NCBI GenBank assembly: GCA_965207225.1
Contig: CBDBLV010000005.1
Span: forward strand, 544,001-608,000
Direction of reading: 5' to 3'
Origin: Dehalococcoidia bacterium
GTDB taxonomy: Bacteria; Chloroflexota; Dehalococcoidia; Plut-88900
Length of the DNA stretch: 64,000 nt
Of the stretch, positions 28,134-37,939 are shown piece by piece (the first letter of the stretch is position 1; the number at the start of each line of letters is the position of its first letter). Both the position numbers and the translations under genes were made by a program. Under the pieces are notes generated by a model. That model was not told the DNA's origin. It was given only the letters and a program-made list of their open reading frames with translations, and ran no database searches.

Positions 28134-28544
28134 ATGCCCGGCCCCCGGCGAAAAGGCAGGATTCTAGCCCTGCAGACTCTTTACGAGGTTGACACCGCCC
28201 GCCACGATGTCAACGCCATCCTCAAACGCTCCGGCAAAAGCAAGGACATCCCTCAGGATTCCTGGTCTTTCGGCGCCGAGCTTGCCAGGGGCGTAGTGGC
28301 CCGGGTCGCAAGCATCGACCGCATCATCGAGTCCTTCGCCCCCAACTGGCCCGTCGCCCAACTCTCCTCCATCGATCGCAACATCCTTCGCATAGCCGTC
28401 TACGAGATTACCCTCCCCACCGATACCCCTCCCAAGGCCGTCGCCAACGAGGCCGTGGAGCTCGCCAAGGCCTTCGGCAGCGACAGTTCGCACCGTTTCG
28501 TGAACGGTGTACTGGGCAGCCTGCTCGCCGAACGCCACGCTTGA
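28134..28544 (+). CDS. nusB: Transcription antitermination factor NusB
   Basis: R..ALQ.LYE, DRNILR, NEAVELAK.FG...S..FVNGVL. Confidence 0.96.
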   Translation: MPGPRRKGRILALQTLYEVDTARHDVNAILKRSGKSKDIPQDSWSFGAELARGVVARVASIDRIIESFAPNWPVAQLSSIDRNILRIAVYEITLPTDTPPKAVANEAVELAKAFGSDSSHRFVNGVLGSLLAERHA

Positions 28545-28604
28545 CACGGCGCCCTTCGACCCTTTACATATACGCAATTTGCAGTTGCCCATAGGAGAAT
28601 CTAC

Positions 28605-28865
28605 ATGTCCGAAATCAACGACAGAGTTACGAAAATCATCGTCGAGCAACTCGGCGTTGAAGAGTCCGAAGTTACACCCTCCGCTTCCTTCATCGATGAC
28701 CTCAACGCCGACTCCCTTGACCTCGTGGAGCTCATCATGGCCCTTGAGGACGAGTTCAGCGAAGGCGACCAGAAGCTTGAGATCGCCGACGAAGACGCCG
28801 AGAAGATCCTGACGGTCCAGGACGCCATCGACTTCATCTCCGAAAACGTGGACACGGGCTCGTAA
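28605..28865 (+). CDS. acpP: Acyl carrier protein
   Basis: [18 protein letters not shown] phosphopantetheine site. Confidence 0.97.
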   Translation: MSEINDRVTKIIVEQLGVEESEVTPSASFIDDLNADSLDLVELIMALEDEFSEGDQKLEIADEDAEKILTVQDAIDFISENVDTGS

Positions 28866-29100
28866 GCCCCGGCTCAAAGTACCCCCTCTCTTCAGTCACC
28901 CCCTTTCCCCAACGCGTCGGGGTGGTGTTGCGGCCCGTTTCCCCCCGATGCTATACTCCTGGAGCAATATTCGGTTTTGTAATGTTTTATAAGCTCGATG
29001 AAAGCGAGCATGCTGGTTCCCCGCCCCGATACGGCCCTTAGCTTCCGGAAGTTCTATCCTCCCTCGGCCTTGACCAGCCGGGCGAAAGGGAAAGCCACCC

Positions 29101-29697
29101 TTGCAGTTTGAACTTCTGCATGAGCAGATTAAGCAGTGCACAGCCTGTGGCCTTTGCCAAGGTCGTACTAACGTCGTCCCTGGCGAGGGCCCCGAACGCC
29201 CGAGAATCATGTTCATAGGTGAAGGCCCCGGCTTCCACGAAGATAAGCAGGGCAGACCCTTTGTCGGCCCTGCCGGCAAATTCCTCGAAGAGCTGCTCGC
29301 CACCATCGACCTGACTAGAGAAGAGGTCTACATAACCAACATAATCAAGTGCCGTCCCCCTGGGAACCGGGACCCCCTCCCCGACGAGGTGAACGCCTGC
29401 AATTCCTGGCTTGAACAGCAGATAGATCTCCTCGCGCCGGAGCTAATTGTCACTTTGGGAAGGCATTCGATGGCCCGCTTCTTCCCTGGCCAAACTATAG
29501 GGAAAATGCATGGGAAGCTCGGTAGTGTGGATGGACAGAAAGTGTTCGCCATGTACCACCCCGCCGCCGCCCTCCACCAACAGCGACTTAGAGACACCTT
29601 GATCGAGGATATGAAGAAGATTCCGGAGGCACTGGCTCAGGAGGACCAGCAGCAGCCCCCGGAAGAGGAACAGCCCGAGCAATTATCCATGTTTTAG
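29101..29697 (+). CDS. Uracil-DNA glycosylase family 4 (Fe-S)
   Basis: C..C.L, GEGPG..ED.QG.PFVG.AG, KCRPP.NR, YHPAA.L. Confidence 0.93.
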   Translation: MQFELLHEQIKQCTACGLCQGRTNVVPGEGPERPRIMFIGEGPGFHEDKQGRPFVGPAGKFLEELLATIDLTREEVYITNIIKCRPPGNRDPLPDEVNACNSWLEQQIDLLAPELIVTLGRHSMARFFPGQTIGKMHGKLGSVDGQKVFAMYHPAAALHQQRLRDTLIEDMKKIPEALAQEDQQQPPEEEQPEQLSMF

Positions 29698-29707
29698 ATT
29701 TTCCCCC

Positions 29708-31363
29708 ATGCACAAGTCTCCACTAAAAGTAACTCCACTAGGTGGTCTAGGTGAAATAGGAAAGAACATGCTGGCATTGGAATATGACGACGATATCGTC
29801 GTCATAGATGCCGGCGTGATGTTTCCCGGCGAAGACCTCCCGGGAATCGACCTCGTAATCCCGGACATCTCCTACCTCCTGCTGAATCCTTCCAGCGTTC
29901 GGGGTATCGTTATCACCCACGGCCATGAGGACCATACCGGCGCGCTTCCCTTCATCCTTGACCAGTTGAACGTTCCGGTCTATGCCCCGCGCCTTGCCGA
30001 GGGACTGATCTCCGCCAAGCTCAAGAGTCGCAGCCGGATAAAGGACGCCGATCTCAATGTCGCTACTCCCGGTGTGCCCTTCACCCTAGGCCCGTTCACA
30101 ATCGAGAGCTTCCGAGTCTGCCACAGCATCCCCGACTCCACCGGCTTGATCGTCAGATATCCTGGCGGCACGGTCGTCCACACCGGAGACTTCAAGTTTG
30201 ACCACACCCCCGTCGATGGCCGACCTGCTGATCTCGCCCGACTCGCCCAGCTCGGCAACGAGGGCGTCCAGCTCCTCCTCTCCGATTCCACCTATGCCGA
30301 GGTCCCCGGCTACACCCCCTCCGAGCAAACCGTGAGCGGTGCCCTGCGCCAGATTATGGGCGAGGCCCAGGGGCGGGTCATCATTGCCACCTTTGCCTCC
30401 CTCGTCTCCCGCGTTCAGCAGGTCATAGATTCCGCCGTTGCCAATGGACGGAAGGTCTGCATTGAGGGCCGCAGCATGGTTGAGAACGTCCAGCTCTCCA
30501 ATAATCTCGGCTATCTCGATGTCCCCGAGGGCGTTCTGGTCAGCCTCCCCGAGGCCCAAAAGCTCCCTCCCCAACAGGTCGCCATCGTGCTCACCGGTAC
30601 CCAGGGAGAGCCCTCCTCCGCCCTCACCAGGATCGCCAATGGTGAGCACAAACACATCGAAATCGAGACCGGTGACACCGTAGTCATGTCGGCTACACCT
30701 ATCCCCGGCAACCAGGCCCTTATTGGCAAGACCATCGATAAGCTGTTCCGGCTAGGTGCAGACGTTCTCTACGGCCGCATCAAGGAAGTCCACGTGCGCG
30801 GCCATGCCAGCCAGGAAGAGCTAAAGCTCATGCTTGGCCTCACCCGACCCCAATTCTTCGTCCCGGTCCACGGCGAACGGCGGCACCTCGTTGCCCACTC
30901 CAGGCTGGCCCAGTCCATGGGCGTTGCCGAGGAGAACACCTTCGTGCTGGACAACGGCGACGTCCTGGAGATCTCAGGAGAGTCCGCCCATGTCTCGGAT
31001 CGGGTACAGGCAGGTCCCGTATACCTTGATGGCAGTGGCCGCTGGTCCCTCGAAAGCGAGGTCCTCAAGGACCGCAGGAAGTTGGCCAGGTACGGCTTTG
31101 TTATAATTTCATTGAGTTTTGATAGCGAGACCGGCACAGTTTACGGAGACCCGGAAATCGTGACCCAGGGCTTTGCTGACACCTCCGAGACACCTGCCCT
31201 CATCGAAGGCACCCGCAGAGTAGTTATAGAAACCCTTGACCGGCTCAACGGCACCCTCACGGAAGCTAATTTGAAGTCCAGCGTTAAGTCCGCTTTGAAG
31301 AAATACTATCAACAAGAGACCAAGCGTCGCCCCATAATCCTTCCGATTGTTGTGGAGGGATAG
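29708..31363 (+). CDS. rnj: Ribonuclease J
   Basis: GGLGEIGKN, THGHEDHTG, HSIPD, HTGDFKFD, GTQGEP, HV.GHA, PVHGE. Confidence 0.96.
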   Translation: MHKSPLKVTPLGGLGEIGKNMLALEYDDDIVVIDAGVMFPGEDLPGIDLVIPDISYLLLNPSSVRGIVITHGHEDHTGALPFILDQLNVPVYAPRLAEGLISAKLKSRSRIKDADLNVATPGVPFTLGPFTIESFRVCHSIPDSTGLIVRYPGGTVVHTGDFKFDHTPVDGRPADLARLAQLGNEGVQLLLSDSTYAEVPGYTPSEQTVSGALRQIMGEAQGRVIIATFASLVSRVQQVIDSAVANGRKVCIEGRSMVENVQLSNNLGYLDVPEGVLVSLPEAQKLPPQQVAIVLTGTQGEPSSALTRIANGEHKHIEIETGDTVVMSATPIPGNQALIGKTIDKLFRLGADVLYGRIKEVHVRGHASQEELKLMLGLTRPQFFVPVHGERRHLVAHSRLAQSMGVAEENTFVLDNGDVLEISGESAHVSDRVQAGPVYLDGSGRWSLESEVLKDRRKLARYGFVIISLSFDSETGTVYGDPEIVTQGFADTSETPALIEGTRRVVIETLDRLNGTLTEANLKSSVKSALKKYYQQETKRRPIILPIVVEG

Positions 31364-31408
31364 GATTTTCACTATGAGCATTAAGTTACAAGGAAAGGAG
31401 GACCGGCT

Positions 31409-34006
31409 ATGGCTAGGTCAAAAGCCCTTCATGGTTCGCAAGACGGCTTACATTCTAGGGGTCCCACAGGATGGGACCTGAAGATGGGATTATCAGGAGG
31501 AGTCGACTCGAAGTCGCACTGGCTGTTTGTAGCAATAGTTCTCTTAATTCTTCTAACACCGCCAGCCGTAATCTTCCGGGAGACCCTCATCAGGATGTTC
31601 GGCGTTGCTTCGGGCCCGGTCGTTCTCATGATCGCCGTGTCTGCCGTGGTCGCCGTTAGACACCCGAGAAGTCTGCTGTTCAAGTTCAACTGGTGGCTGG
31701 CTGTCTTGACGGCTGGCGCCATTGTCTTCGGGATTATGGCGTTCTTCGAATTCGAATATGCCAATCTCAGGGACCTGACAATGGGTGGCGCCGTCGGAGA
31801 TGCGATTATTGGTGAAGCAGACAGGTGGGGCATAGCCCGACTTAGCGCTTTGGCGCTCTTGGCCTTCGTTTTGGTTGCACCCATGGTTTCCTATCAGGCC
31901 GCCCTAATGGCTGCCTTCTCCGTCATGTGGGTCTTAGTGTTCCTGTTCCGTCTTGCAGGCGTACTCGTTGAAAAGTTCCGGGACTGGCGCGATTCCCGAC
32001 AGGTCCGCGGCATGGTCTCCTCCCTTAACAGGATTAGCCCGCCCCGCATGTCCCCTTCGGAAATGTGGCCCAGGCTCGCTACGGTTCCTCCCCGTCCCCA
32101 AATCCGCGAGGAACTGGACGACCCCATCCATCCCCAGGGCTCTGAGGAGACGGAAGAGTTTAACTATGAGGCCGCAATAGTAGGTTCTCTCGTCGACTCG
32201 CCTCCGGGCTCCAGCCCCGCTGGTACGGCTGTAGCAGACCTCGAACTCCCCGAAGAAGTCGATGATGACGAGGAAGATCTCTTCGAAGAAGATGAGCAGA
32301 AAGATCCCGAGCCCCCTGTCGTGGTGCAAGCGCCCAAGCCTACACAAAGCTCCTTGTTCGCTGAGTCCGACCTCGAGACGCCCGCAGCGACCAACGGAGT
32401 CTCTGCAGACCACACTGAAGACATCGGTCCCGGTGTGCCTCCCCTGGATTTGCTGGACGCCACGGAAGAGGAAGACGAGGCACCTACGGATCACGAGGAA
32501 CGGGCAGAGCAGATCGAAAGCGCCCTTGCCAGTCATGGAATCGACGCCAAGGTAACCCAGATTAACTCCGGCCCGACCGTCACCCAGTTTGGCGTAGAAC
32601 CCGGCTGGTTCCGCAAGTACAAGGAGACCAGGGAGCGGGACGCCGAGGGCAAGCTAATGGTCGACGAGCAAGGCAGGCCTGTCACCCGCCGAGACGAGGT
32701 CTCCAGGAAGCGCGTACGGGTTGACCAGATCGCCGCCCTTGACAAGGACCTCGCTCTCGCCATGGCGGCCCCGACCATCCGGATCGAGGCCCCTATCCCG
32801 GGCAAGGCCCTCGTTGGGATAGAAGTCCCCAACGTCATCATGGGCAAGGTGGGCCTGAGGGAGGCCCTAGCCAGCTCCGAGTTCCAGAAGACCCTCGGCA
32901 AGTCCAAGCTCGCCGTTGCCCTCGGAAAGGGCAGCTCAGGCCAGATGGTCATGGGCGATCTCGCCTCCATGCCCCACCTGCTCATAGCCGGTTCTACGGG
33001 CAGCGGCAAGAGTGTCTGCATAACCTCCCTGATCGCCAGCCTGCTCATGAACAACGGGCCCCGAGATGTCAAGTTCGTCATGGTGGACCCCAAGCGCGTC
33101 GAGCTCGTACCGTTCAGCACCCTGCCCCACCTTGCGACACCCGTGATCATGGACATGGAAAAGGTAGTCGGTGCCCTCAAGTGGGTCACTGAGGAGATGG
33201 ACCGCCGGTACAAGGTAATGGCCGGTGCCGGCGCCCGTAACATCAGCGGCTACAACTCCAAGGTATCCGCTGAGGAGCGCATGTCCTTTCTCGTCGTTGT
33301 GGTGGACGAATTGGCCGACCTCATGGTTGTCGCCCCCTTTGACGTTGAGCAGTCCCTCACCCGACTCGCACAGATGGGCCGGGCCACGGGCATTCACCTC
33401 ATCGTCGCTACCCAGCGCCCCTCTGTCGACGTCATTACCGGGCTCATCAAGGCTAATTTCCCCACCAGGATAAGCTTCGCCGTAACCTCCATGACCGACT
33501 CCCGAGTAATCCTCGACTCCCCCGGCGCCGAGAAGCTCCTGGGACGCGGCGACATGCTCTACCTCCCCTCCGATGCCTCCAAGCCCAAGCGTCTCCAGGG
33601 CGTCTACCTTTCCGACATAGAAGTCGAAAGAATCGTCCTCTTCTGGTCGGACAAGTCCGGCGGGGTTCCCGAGCCTCCTTCAATAGAGGAACTCCTTGGG
33701 GATGCCTCGTCAGAGGGTATGACTGAGCCCGAGGACCTGGCCTCCGTCTCTCCACTCTGGTCCGGCCCCTCGGATGTCCTGGAGGAAATCCGGGAAAATG
33801 AAGATCCCCTGTTTGCCAAGGCCCGCAATTTGGCTGGTCGGCACAAGAGCGTTTCCGCCTCCTTGTTGCAGAGACGCCTCGGAATCGGCTACCCAAAGGC
33901 CGCCAGCCTTCTTGACCAATTGGAGGAAAATGGGATAGTGTCCGCAGGAGAACCAGGTAAGTCCCGCACCGTGTTGACCCTCGGGGAGGAAGACGACGAC
34001 TACTAG
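31409..34006 (+). CDS. ftsK: DNA translocase FtsK
   Basis: N-terminal TM helices, PHLLIAGSTGSGKS, DELADLM, ATQRPSVDV, GAEKLLGRGDML, gamma-domain SASLLQRRLGIGY. Confidence 0.96.
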   Translation: MARSKALHGSQDGLHSRGPTGWDLKMGLSGGVDSKSHWLFVAIVLLILLTPPAVIFRETLIRMFGVASGPVVLMIAVSAVVAVRHPRSLLFKFNWWLAVLTAGAIVFGIMAFFEFEYANLRDLTMGGAVGDAIIGEADRWGIARLSALALLAFVLVAPMVSYQAALMAAFSVMWVLVFLFRLAGVLVEKFRDWRDSRQVRGMVSSLNRISPPRMSPSEMWPRLATVPPRPQIREELDDPIHPQGSEETEEFNYEAAIVGSLVDSPPGSSPAGTAVADLELPEEVDDDEEDLFEEDEQKDPEPPVVVQAPKPTQSSLFAESDLETPAATNGVSADHTEDIGPGVPPLDLLDATEEEDEAPTDHEERAEQIESALASHGIDAKVTQINSGPTVTQFGVEPGWFRKYKETRERDAEGKLMVDEQGRPVTRRDEVSRKRVRVDQIAALDKDLALAMAAPTIRIEAPIPGKALVGIEVPNVIMGKVGLREALASSEFQKTLGKSKLAVALGKGSSGQMVMGDLASMPHLLIAGSTGSGKSVCITSLIASLLMNNGPRDVKFVMVDPKRVELVPFSTLPHLATPVIMDMEKVVGALKWVTEEMDRRYKVMAGAGARNISGYNSKVSAEERMSFLVVVVDELADLMVVAPFDVEQSLTRLAQMGRATGIHLIVATQRPSVDVITGLIKANFPTRISFAVTSMTDSRVILDSPGAEKLLGRGDMLYLPSDASKPKRLQGVYLSDIEVERIVLFWSDKSGGVPEPPSIEELLGDASSEGMTEPEDLASVSPLWSGPSDVLEEIRENEDPLFAKARNLAGRHKSVSASLLQRRLGIGYPKAASLLDQLEENGIVSAGEPGKSRTVLTLGEEDDDY

Positions 34007-34031
34007 GAAGAGGACACGGAAGCTCGTCACC

Positions 34032-35855
34032 TTGTTGAGTTCCCTCATCAAGGGTGAACATCAGCAGGAAACCCCCGAGGATGCCGACCCCGGCATCTGC
34101 CTCTCCTGTGACGCCTTCCTGACAGGCTCCCGCGCCTACGAAAAGTTCAGGACATGCAGCTACTGCGGTTTCCACTTCAACATCTCGGCGCGGGAGCGCA
34201 TCAAGCTCCTCGCCGACCCCGGGTCTTTCAAAGAGCTGAACAGGTCTCTCATCTCCATGGACCCTCTCTCTTTCTCGGGAGGTGTGTCCTACCGCAAGAA
34301 GATCCGGGAGGCCCAGAAGACCACCGGCCTCACCGAGGCCGCAGTCACCGGCACCTGCGAAATCCGCGGATGCCCCACCGTAATCGTCGCCCTTGACTTC
34401 GGCTTTCTGGGCGGAAGCATGGGATGTGTCGTCGGCGAAAAGGTCGCCCTTGCCTTCGAGACCGCAGTCAAGAAGAAACTGCCCATAGTTGCCGTGGTCA
34501 CCAGCGGCGGGGCACGGATTCAGGAAGGCGTCCTTTCGCTCATGCAAATGGCCAAGACCGTATCTGCGGCAAAGCGCCTCCGCAGACCCGGCCTCCCTTT
34601 CATAACCGTCCTGGCCAACCCTACAACGGGGCAGGTCTACTCCAGCTTCGCCAACATGGCCGACATCATCCTCGCGGAGCCCGACGCCCTCGTTGGCTTC
34701 GCTCCTCTCAGGACCGTCAAGGAAAGCAGCGGCGATCCCCTCCCCACCGATGCCCACACTGCCGAGTCCCACCTCAAGCACGGCATGATCGATCAAGTCG
34801 TGGCCCGGGAACGCCTCCCCGACACCCTCTCGGTCCTTCTTGACATGCTCTATTCCCGCTACAAAGTCTCGGTGAAAGGCAAGAAACCCAAGCTTGCCTA
34901 CTCCACCGGCTACTACACTACCGCCTGGGAGCAGGTTCGCCTTGCCCGTCACCAAGACCGACCCACCGCCCTCGACTACATTGGCCGCATGACTTCCAGT
35001 TTCATCGAGCTCAAGGGCGACCGTGTCAGTGGCAACGACGAAGCGGTTATCGCTGGTCTCGGGTACCTGGCCGGCCAGGCTGTCGTTATCCTTGGCCAGG
35101 AGAAGGGCCACGGCCCCGACTCCCAGCGTCACAACAACGGCCGTACCGGCCCCGAGGGCTTCCGCAAGGCCCAGCGGATGATGCGGATGGCATCCCGCTT
35201 CCACCTTCCTCTGGTCACCTTCATTGATACGCCCGGTCCCATGCCCAGCCTCACCGCCGAGGAGCATGGCCTCGGAAACGCCATAGCCACAACCATGGCC
35301 CTCCTCTCCGACCTTCCCACACCCGTGGTTTCCGTCATTATCGGGGAGGGGGGCAGCGAAGGCGCCCTTGCCTTTGGTGTCGCCGACTCCCTCCTCATGT
35401 TGGAAAATGCCATATACACTCCCATCTCCCCGGAGGGTGCCGCCACTCTCCTCTATCGAGACGCTGCCAAGGCCGAGACCATAGCCCCTGCCCTCAAGCT
35501 CACCGCCCGGGACTGCAAGCGCCTCAACATCGTCGACGTCATTGTCCCGGAACCCGAGGCCGGCGCCCACCAGTACCCCAACGAGGCCGCCCAGCAGCTT
35601 CAAAGGCTTCTCGTCCGGGAACTGCTACGCGTTCAGGCCATTCCCATAAGGAAACTGGTCAAGACCCGCTACAAGAAATACCGCGATATGGGCGAATACA
35701 GTTCCCACTACCGCGAAGCCCTGGTTGAAGAGATCGAATATCTTCAGAGCAAGGTGGTCAACCGGGTCCGGCAGTGGAGAAGCAGGCTCCGCGGCTCTCA
35801 ATCCTCCCAACCCTCCCCCGAGGCCGGAGAAAACAGCCTGCGCACCTCCCCCTGA
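34032..35855 (+). CDS. Acetyl-CoA carboxylase carboxyltransferase, fused beta/alpha (AccD-AccA)
   Basis: Zn-ribbon CxxC...CxxC and GGSMG/SGGARIQEG.LSLMQM (AccD), followed by AR...RP, G..KA.R.M, GEGGSEGA, ISPEG (AccA). Start uncertain. Confidence 0.93.
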   Translation: MLSSLIKGEHQQETPEDADPGICLSCDAFLTGSRAYEKFRTCSYCGFHFNISARERIKLLADPGSFKELNRSLISMDPLSFSGGVSYRKKIREAQKTTGLTEAAVTGTCEIRGCPTVIVALDFGFLGGSMGCVVGEKVALAFETAVKKKLPIVAVVTSGGARIQEGVLSLMQMAKTVSAAKRLRRPGLPFITVLANPTTGQVYSSFANMADIILAEPDALVGFAPLRTVKESSGDPLPTDAHTAESHLKHGMIDQVVARERLPDTLSVLLDMLYSRYKVSVKGKKPKLAYSTGYYTTAWEQVRLARHQDRPTALDYIGRMTSSFIELKGDRVSGNDEAVIAGLGYLAGQAVVILGQEKGHGPDSQRHNNGRTGPEGFRKAQRMMRMASRFHLPLVTFIDTPGPMPSLTAEEHGLGNAIATTMALLSDLPTPVVSVIIGEGGSEGALAFGVADSLLMLENAIYTPISPEGAATLLYRDAAKAETIAPALKLTARDCKRLNIVDVIVPEPEAGAHQYPNEAAQQLQRLLVRELLRVQAIPIRKLVKTRYKKYRDMGEYSSHYREALVEEIEYLQSKVVNRVRQWRSRLRGSQSSQPSPEAGENSLRTSP

Positions 35856-35900
35856 CTGCCTACAGACCCCTTGCCAACGGGCACATTCAGACACCGCATC

Positions 35901-36728
35901 ATGCCCTTACCTGAATTCGACCTGACCGGAAAGGTGGCAATCGTCACCGGCGGAGGCCGCGGAATCGGCAAGGGGATTGCACTTGCCCTTGCAGAAGCCG
36001 GCGCCCGGGTAGCCATAGCCGGACGCACCGATTCCAAGCTTCTGGAGACCGAGTCGGCAATCCAGTCTGCTGGAGGCAATGCCCTTTCGGTAGTCACCAA
36101 TGTCACCCGTGACGATGACATAGCCTTCCTGGTCGACCGCACCGTTGAGACCTTCGGCAGCATCGACATCCTCGTGAATAATGCCGGGGTAGCCGTCGTG
36201 AAGCCCCTTGTACCTATTCCCGGCTTCGCCCCCAGGGCCGAGGGCCTCCCCCCCGAGTTCTTCCGGCCTACCAGCAACGAAGAGTGGAGCTACGTCCTCG
36301 ACTCCAACCTCACCAGTGCCTTCCGGTGTATCAGGGCTACGGCCCCCCACATGCTGGACAAGAGGTGGGGTCGCATCATCAACATCTCATCAGTTGAGGG
36401 GATGAGGGGGGTGCAGATGCACAGCCTCTACTCCGCGTCCAAGGCTGCCATGTCGGGGCTGACCAGGAGCCTGGCCCTAGAGTGGGCCCGCAGCGGCATC
36501 ACCGTGAACACCATCGCGCCCGGAGCTTTCCATACCGAGATGATGGCTCCCGAGTTCGAAAATGAGGAGCTGCGCAAGAGACTCCTGCGCAGCATTCCCA
36601 TGAGAAGAGGCGGGGTACTTAGAGAGGTGGGCCTGCTAGCCGTCTACCTGGCTTCCGAGGCCGCAGCCTACGTGACCGGCCAGACCATCGCCATAGATGG
36701 CGGCCTGACTAGCTCGATGGGACGCTAG
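35901..36728 (+). CDS. SDR family oxidoreductase
   Basis: TGGGRGIG, NNAG, YSASK; start trimmed to MPLPEF. Confidence 0.9.
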   Translation: MPLPEFDLTGKVAIVTGGGRGIGKGIALALAEAGARVAIAGRTDSKLLETESAIQSAGGNALSVVTNVTRDDDIAFLVDRTVETFGSIDILVNNAGVAVVKPLVPIPGFAPRAEGLPPEFFRPTSNEEWSYVLDSNLTSAFRCIRATAPHMLDKRWGRIINISSVEGMRGVQMHSLYSASKAAMSGLTRSLALEWARSGITVNTIAPGAFHTEMMAPEFENEELRKRLLRSIPMRRGGVLREVGLLAVYLASEAAAYVTGQTIAIDGGLTSSMGR

Positions 36729-37569
36729 CCCCGCTTTCCGCCGGGCTGAGCTCCGAAAGCGCTCCGTCCAGCACCTCGCCGAACTGCTTTCTGATACCCT
36801 CATCGCGCAGCACTACCGGTGCCGACATATCGCTGAACGCCCGGTGAAGCTCAAACCTGCCCAGGAACTTGATACCGAGCCTGTCGGAGATCGCCTCCCC
36901 GGCCCCTTGCCCGAAAATCTCACCCGACATGTTCTCCACGACGCCCAGGATGTTCACGTTCATCTTGCGGATCATGTTGATTGACCGCACCGCATCCACA
37001 AAGGATAGGTCCTGCGGGGTCGTCACCACCACGAAACCGTCCAGCTTCAGCACCTGCATGATGGTCAGAGGAGCGTCGGAGGTGCCGGGAGGAAGATCCA
37101 CTACGAGGAAGTCCAGGTCTCCCCAGGATGTGAGCTCGAGGAACTGGTTGATGGCGTTGTGGATCATCGGACCCCGCCAGATGATCGCTTCCAGCTCGTT
37201 CTTCTGGAAGAACCCCATGGACATGACCTTAACCCCGTGCTTCTCCGCAGGAATTATCTTCCCGTCATCGTCGGAAGAAGGCCCCGAGTGCATGTGCAGC
37301 ATACGGATTACATTCGGGCAATCGATATCCGCGTCTAGCAGACCTACCGAGTGTCCTCTCTGGGCAAGAAGCACTGCCAGGTTGACGGCTATAGTGGTCT
37401 TCCCCACCCCACCCTTGCCGCTGTAGACGGCGATCTTGTTCTTGATCTTGCCGAGGTTCTCGCCGACCTTGCGCCTCTGCTCCCAGTTGCGCTTCATAGC
37501 GGCAATCCGAGCCTTGTCCTGCTCGGTCATGTTCTTCTTGCCGACGATCGGCTTGATCGGCTCAGCCAT
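36709..37569 (-). CDS. Mrp/NBP35 (ApbC) family ATPase
   Basis: SGKGGVGKTT, WRGPM, DLPPGTSD, VTTPQ, GVVENMS. Confidence 0.92.
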   Translation of the reverse strand: MAEPIKPIVGKKNMTEQDKARIAAMKRNWEQRRKVGENLGKIKNKIAVYSGKGGVGKTTIAVNLAVLLAQRGHSVGLLDADIDCPNVIRMLHMHSGPSSDDDGKIIPAEKHGVKVMSMGFFQKNELEAIIWRGPMIHNAINQFLELTSWGDLDFLVVDLPPGTSDAPLTIMQVLKLDGFVVVTTPQDLSFVDAVRSINMIRKMNVNILGVVENMSGEIFGQGAGEAISDRLGIKFLGRFELHRAFSDMSAPVVLRDEGIRKQFGEVLDGALSELSPAESGASVPSS

Positions 37570-37585
37570 CAGACCCTGCTTTCGA

Positions 37586-37894
37586 CTATTCCCAGCCCAG
37601 GGCCCGCTTGCCCTCTTCTGTGATCAGATCGGGCGTCCAGGGCGGGTCCCACACGATGTCGACGTAGGCGTTCTCCACGCCCGGGATAGCCTCAACCGCC
37701 TCCGTGCACACACCACCGATGCTTCCCGCCATGGGGCAGCCCTGGGCCGTGAGGGACATCGTGACCATGACCTCACTGTCCTTGATGTCTACGTCATAGA
37801 TCAGGCCCAGGTCCACGATGTTTATCATCGGGATTTCAGGGTCGTAGATGTCGCTGAGAGCTTCCAGTACGTCATGCTCGGTTACAGTAGCCAT
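37586..37894 (-). CDS. Metal-sulfur cluster assembly factor (DUF59/SufT-like)
   Basis: DPEI..NIVDLGLIY, T..GCP, VWDPPW. Confidence 0.92.
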   Translation of the reverse strand: MATVTEHDVLEALSDIYDPEIPMINIVDLGLIYDVDIKDSEVMVTMSLTAQGCPMAGSIGGVCTEAVEAIPGVENAYVDIVWDPPWTPDLITEEGKRALGWE

Positions 37895-37939
37895 ATCTCC
37901 TCCATTTGGGGGACGTTGAGTTCATTATATCTGAATGGA

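Noticed and set aside
28866-29100. Possible ncRNA or riboswitch between acpP and udg (GCTCG-ATGAAAG-CGAGC hairpin, GCTGGT/ACCAGC pairing)
   Set aside because: No recognisable SRP, 6S, tmRNA, RNase P or riboswitch consensus; short stems are expected at this GC. An Rfam search would settle it.
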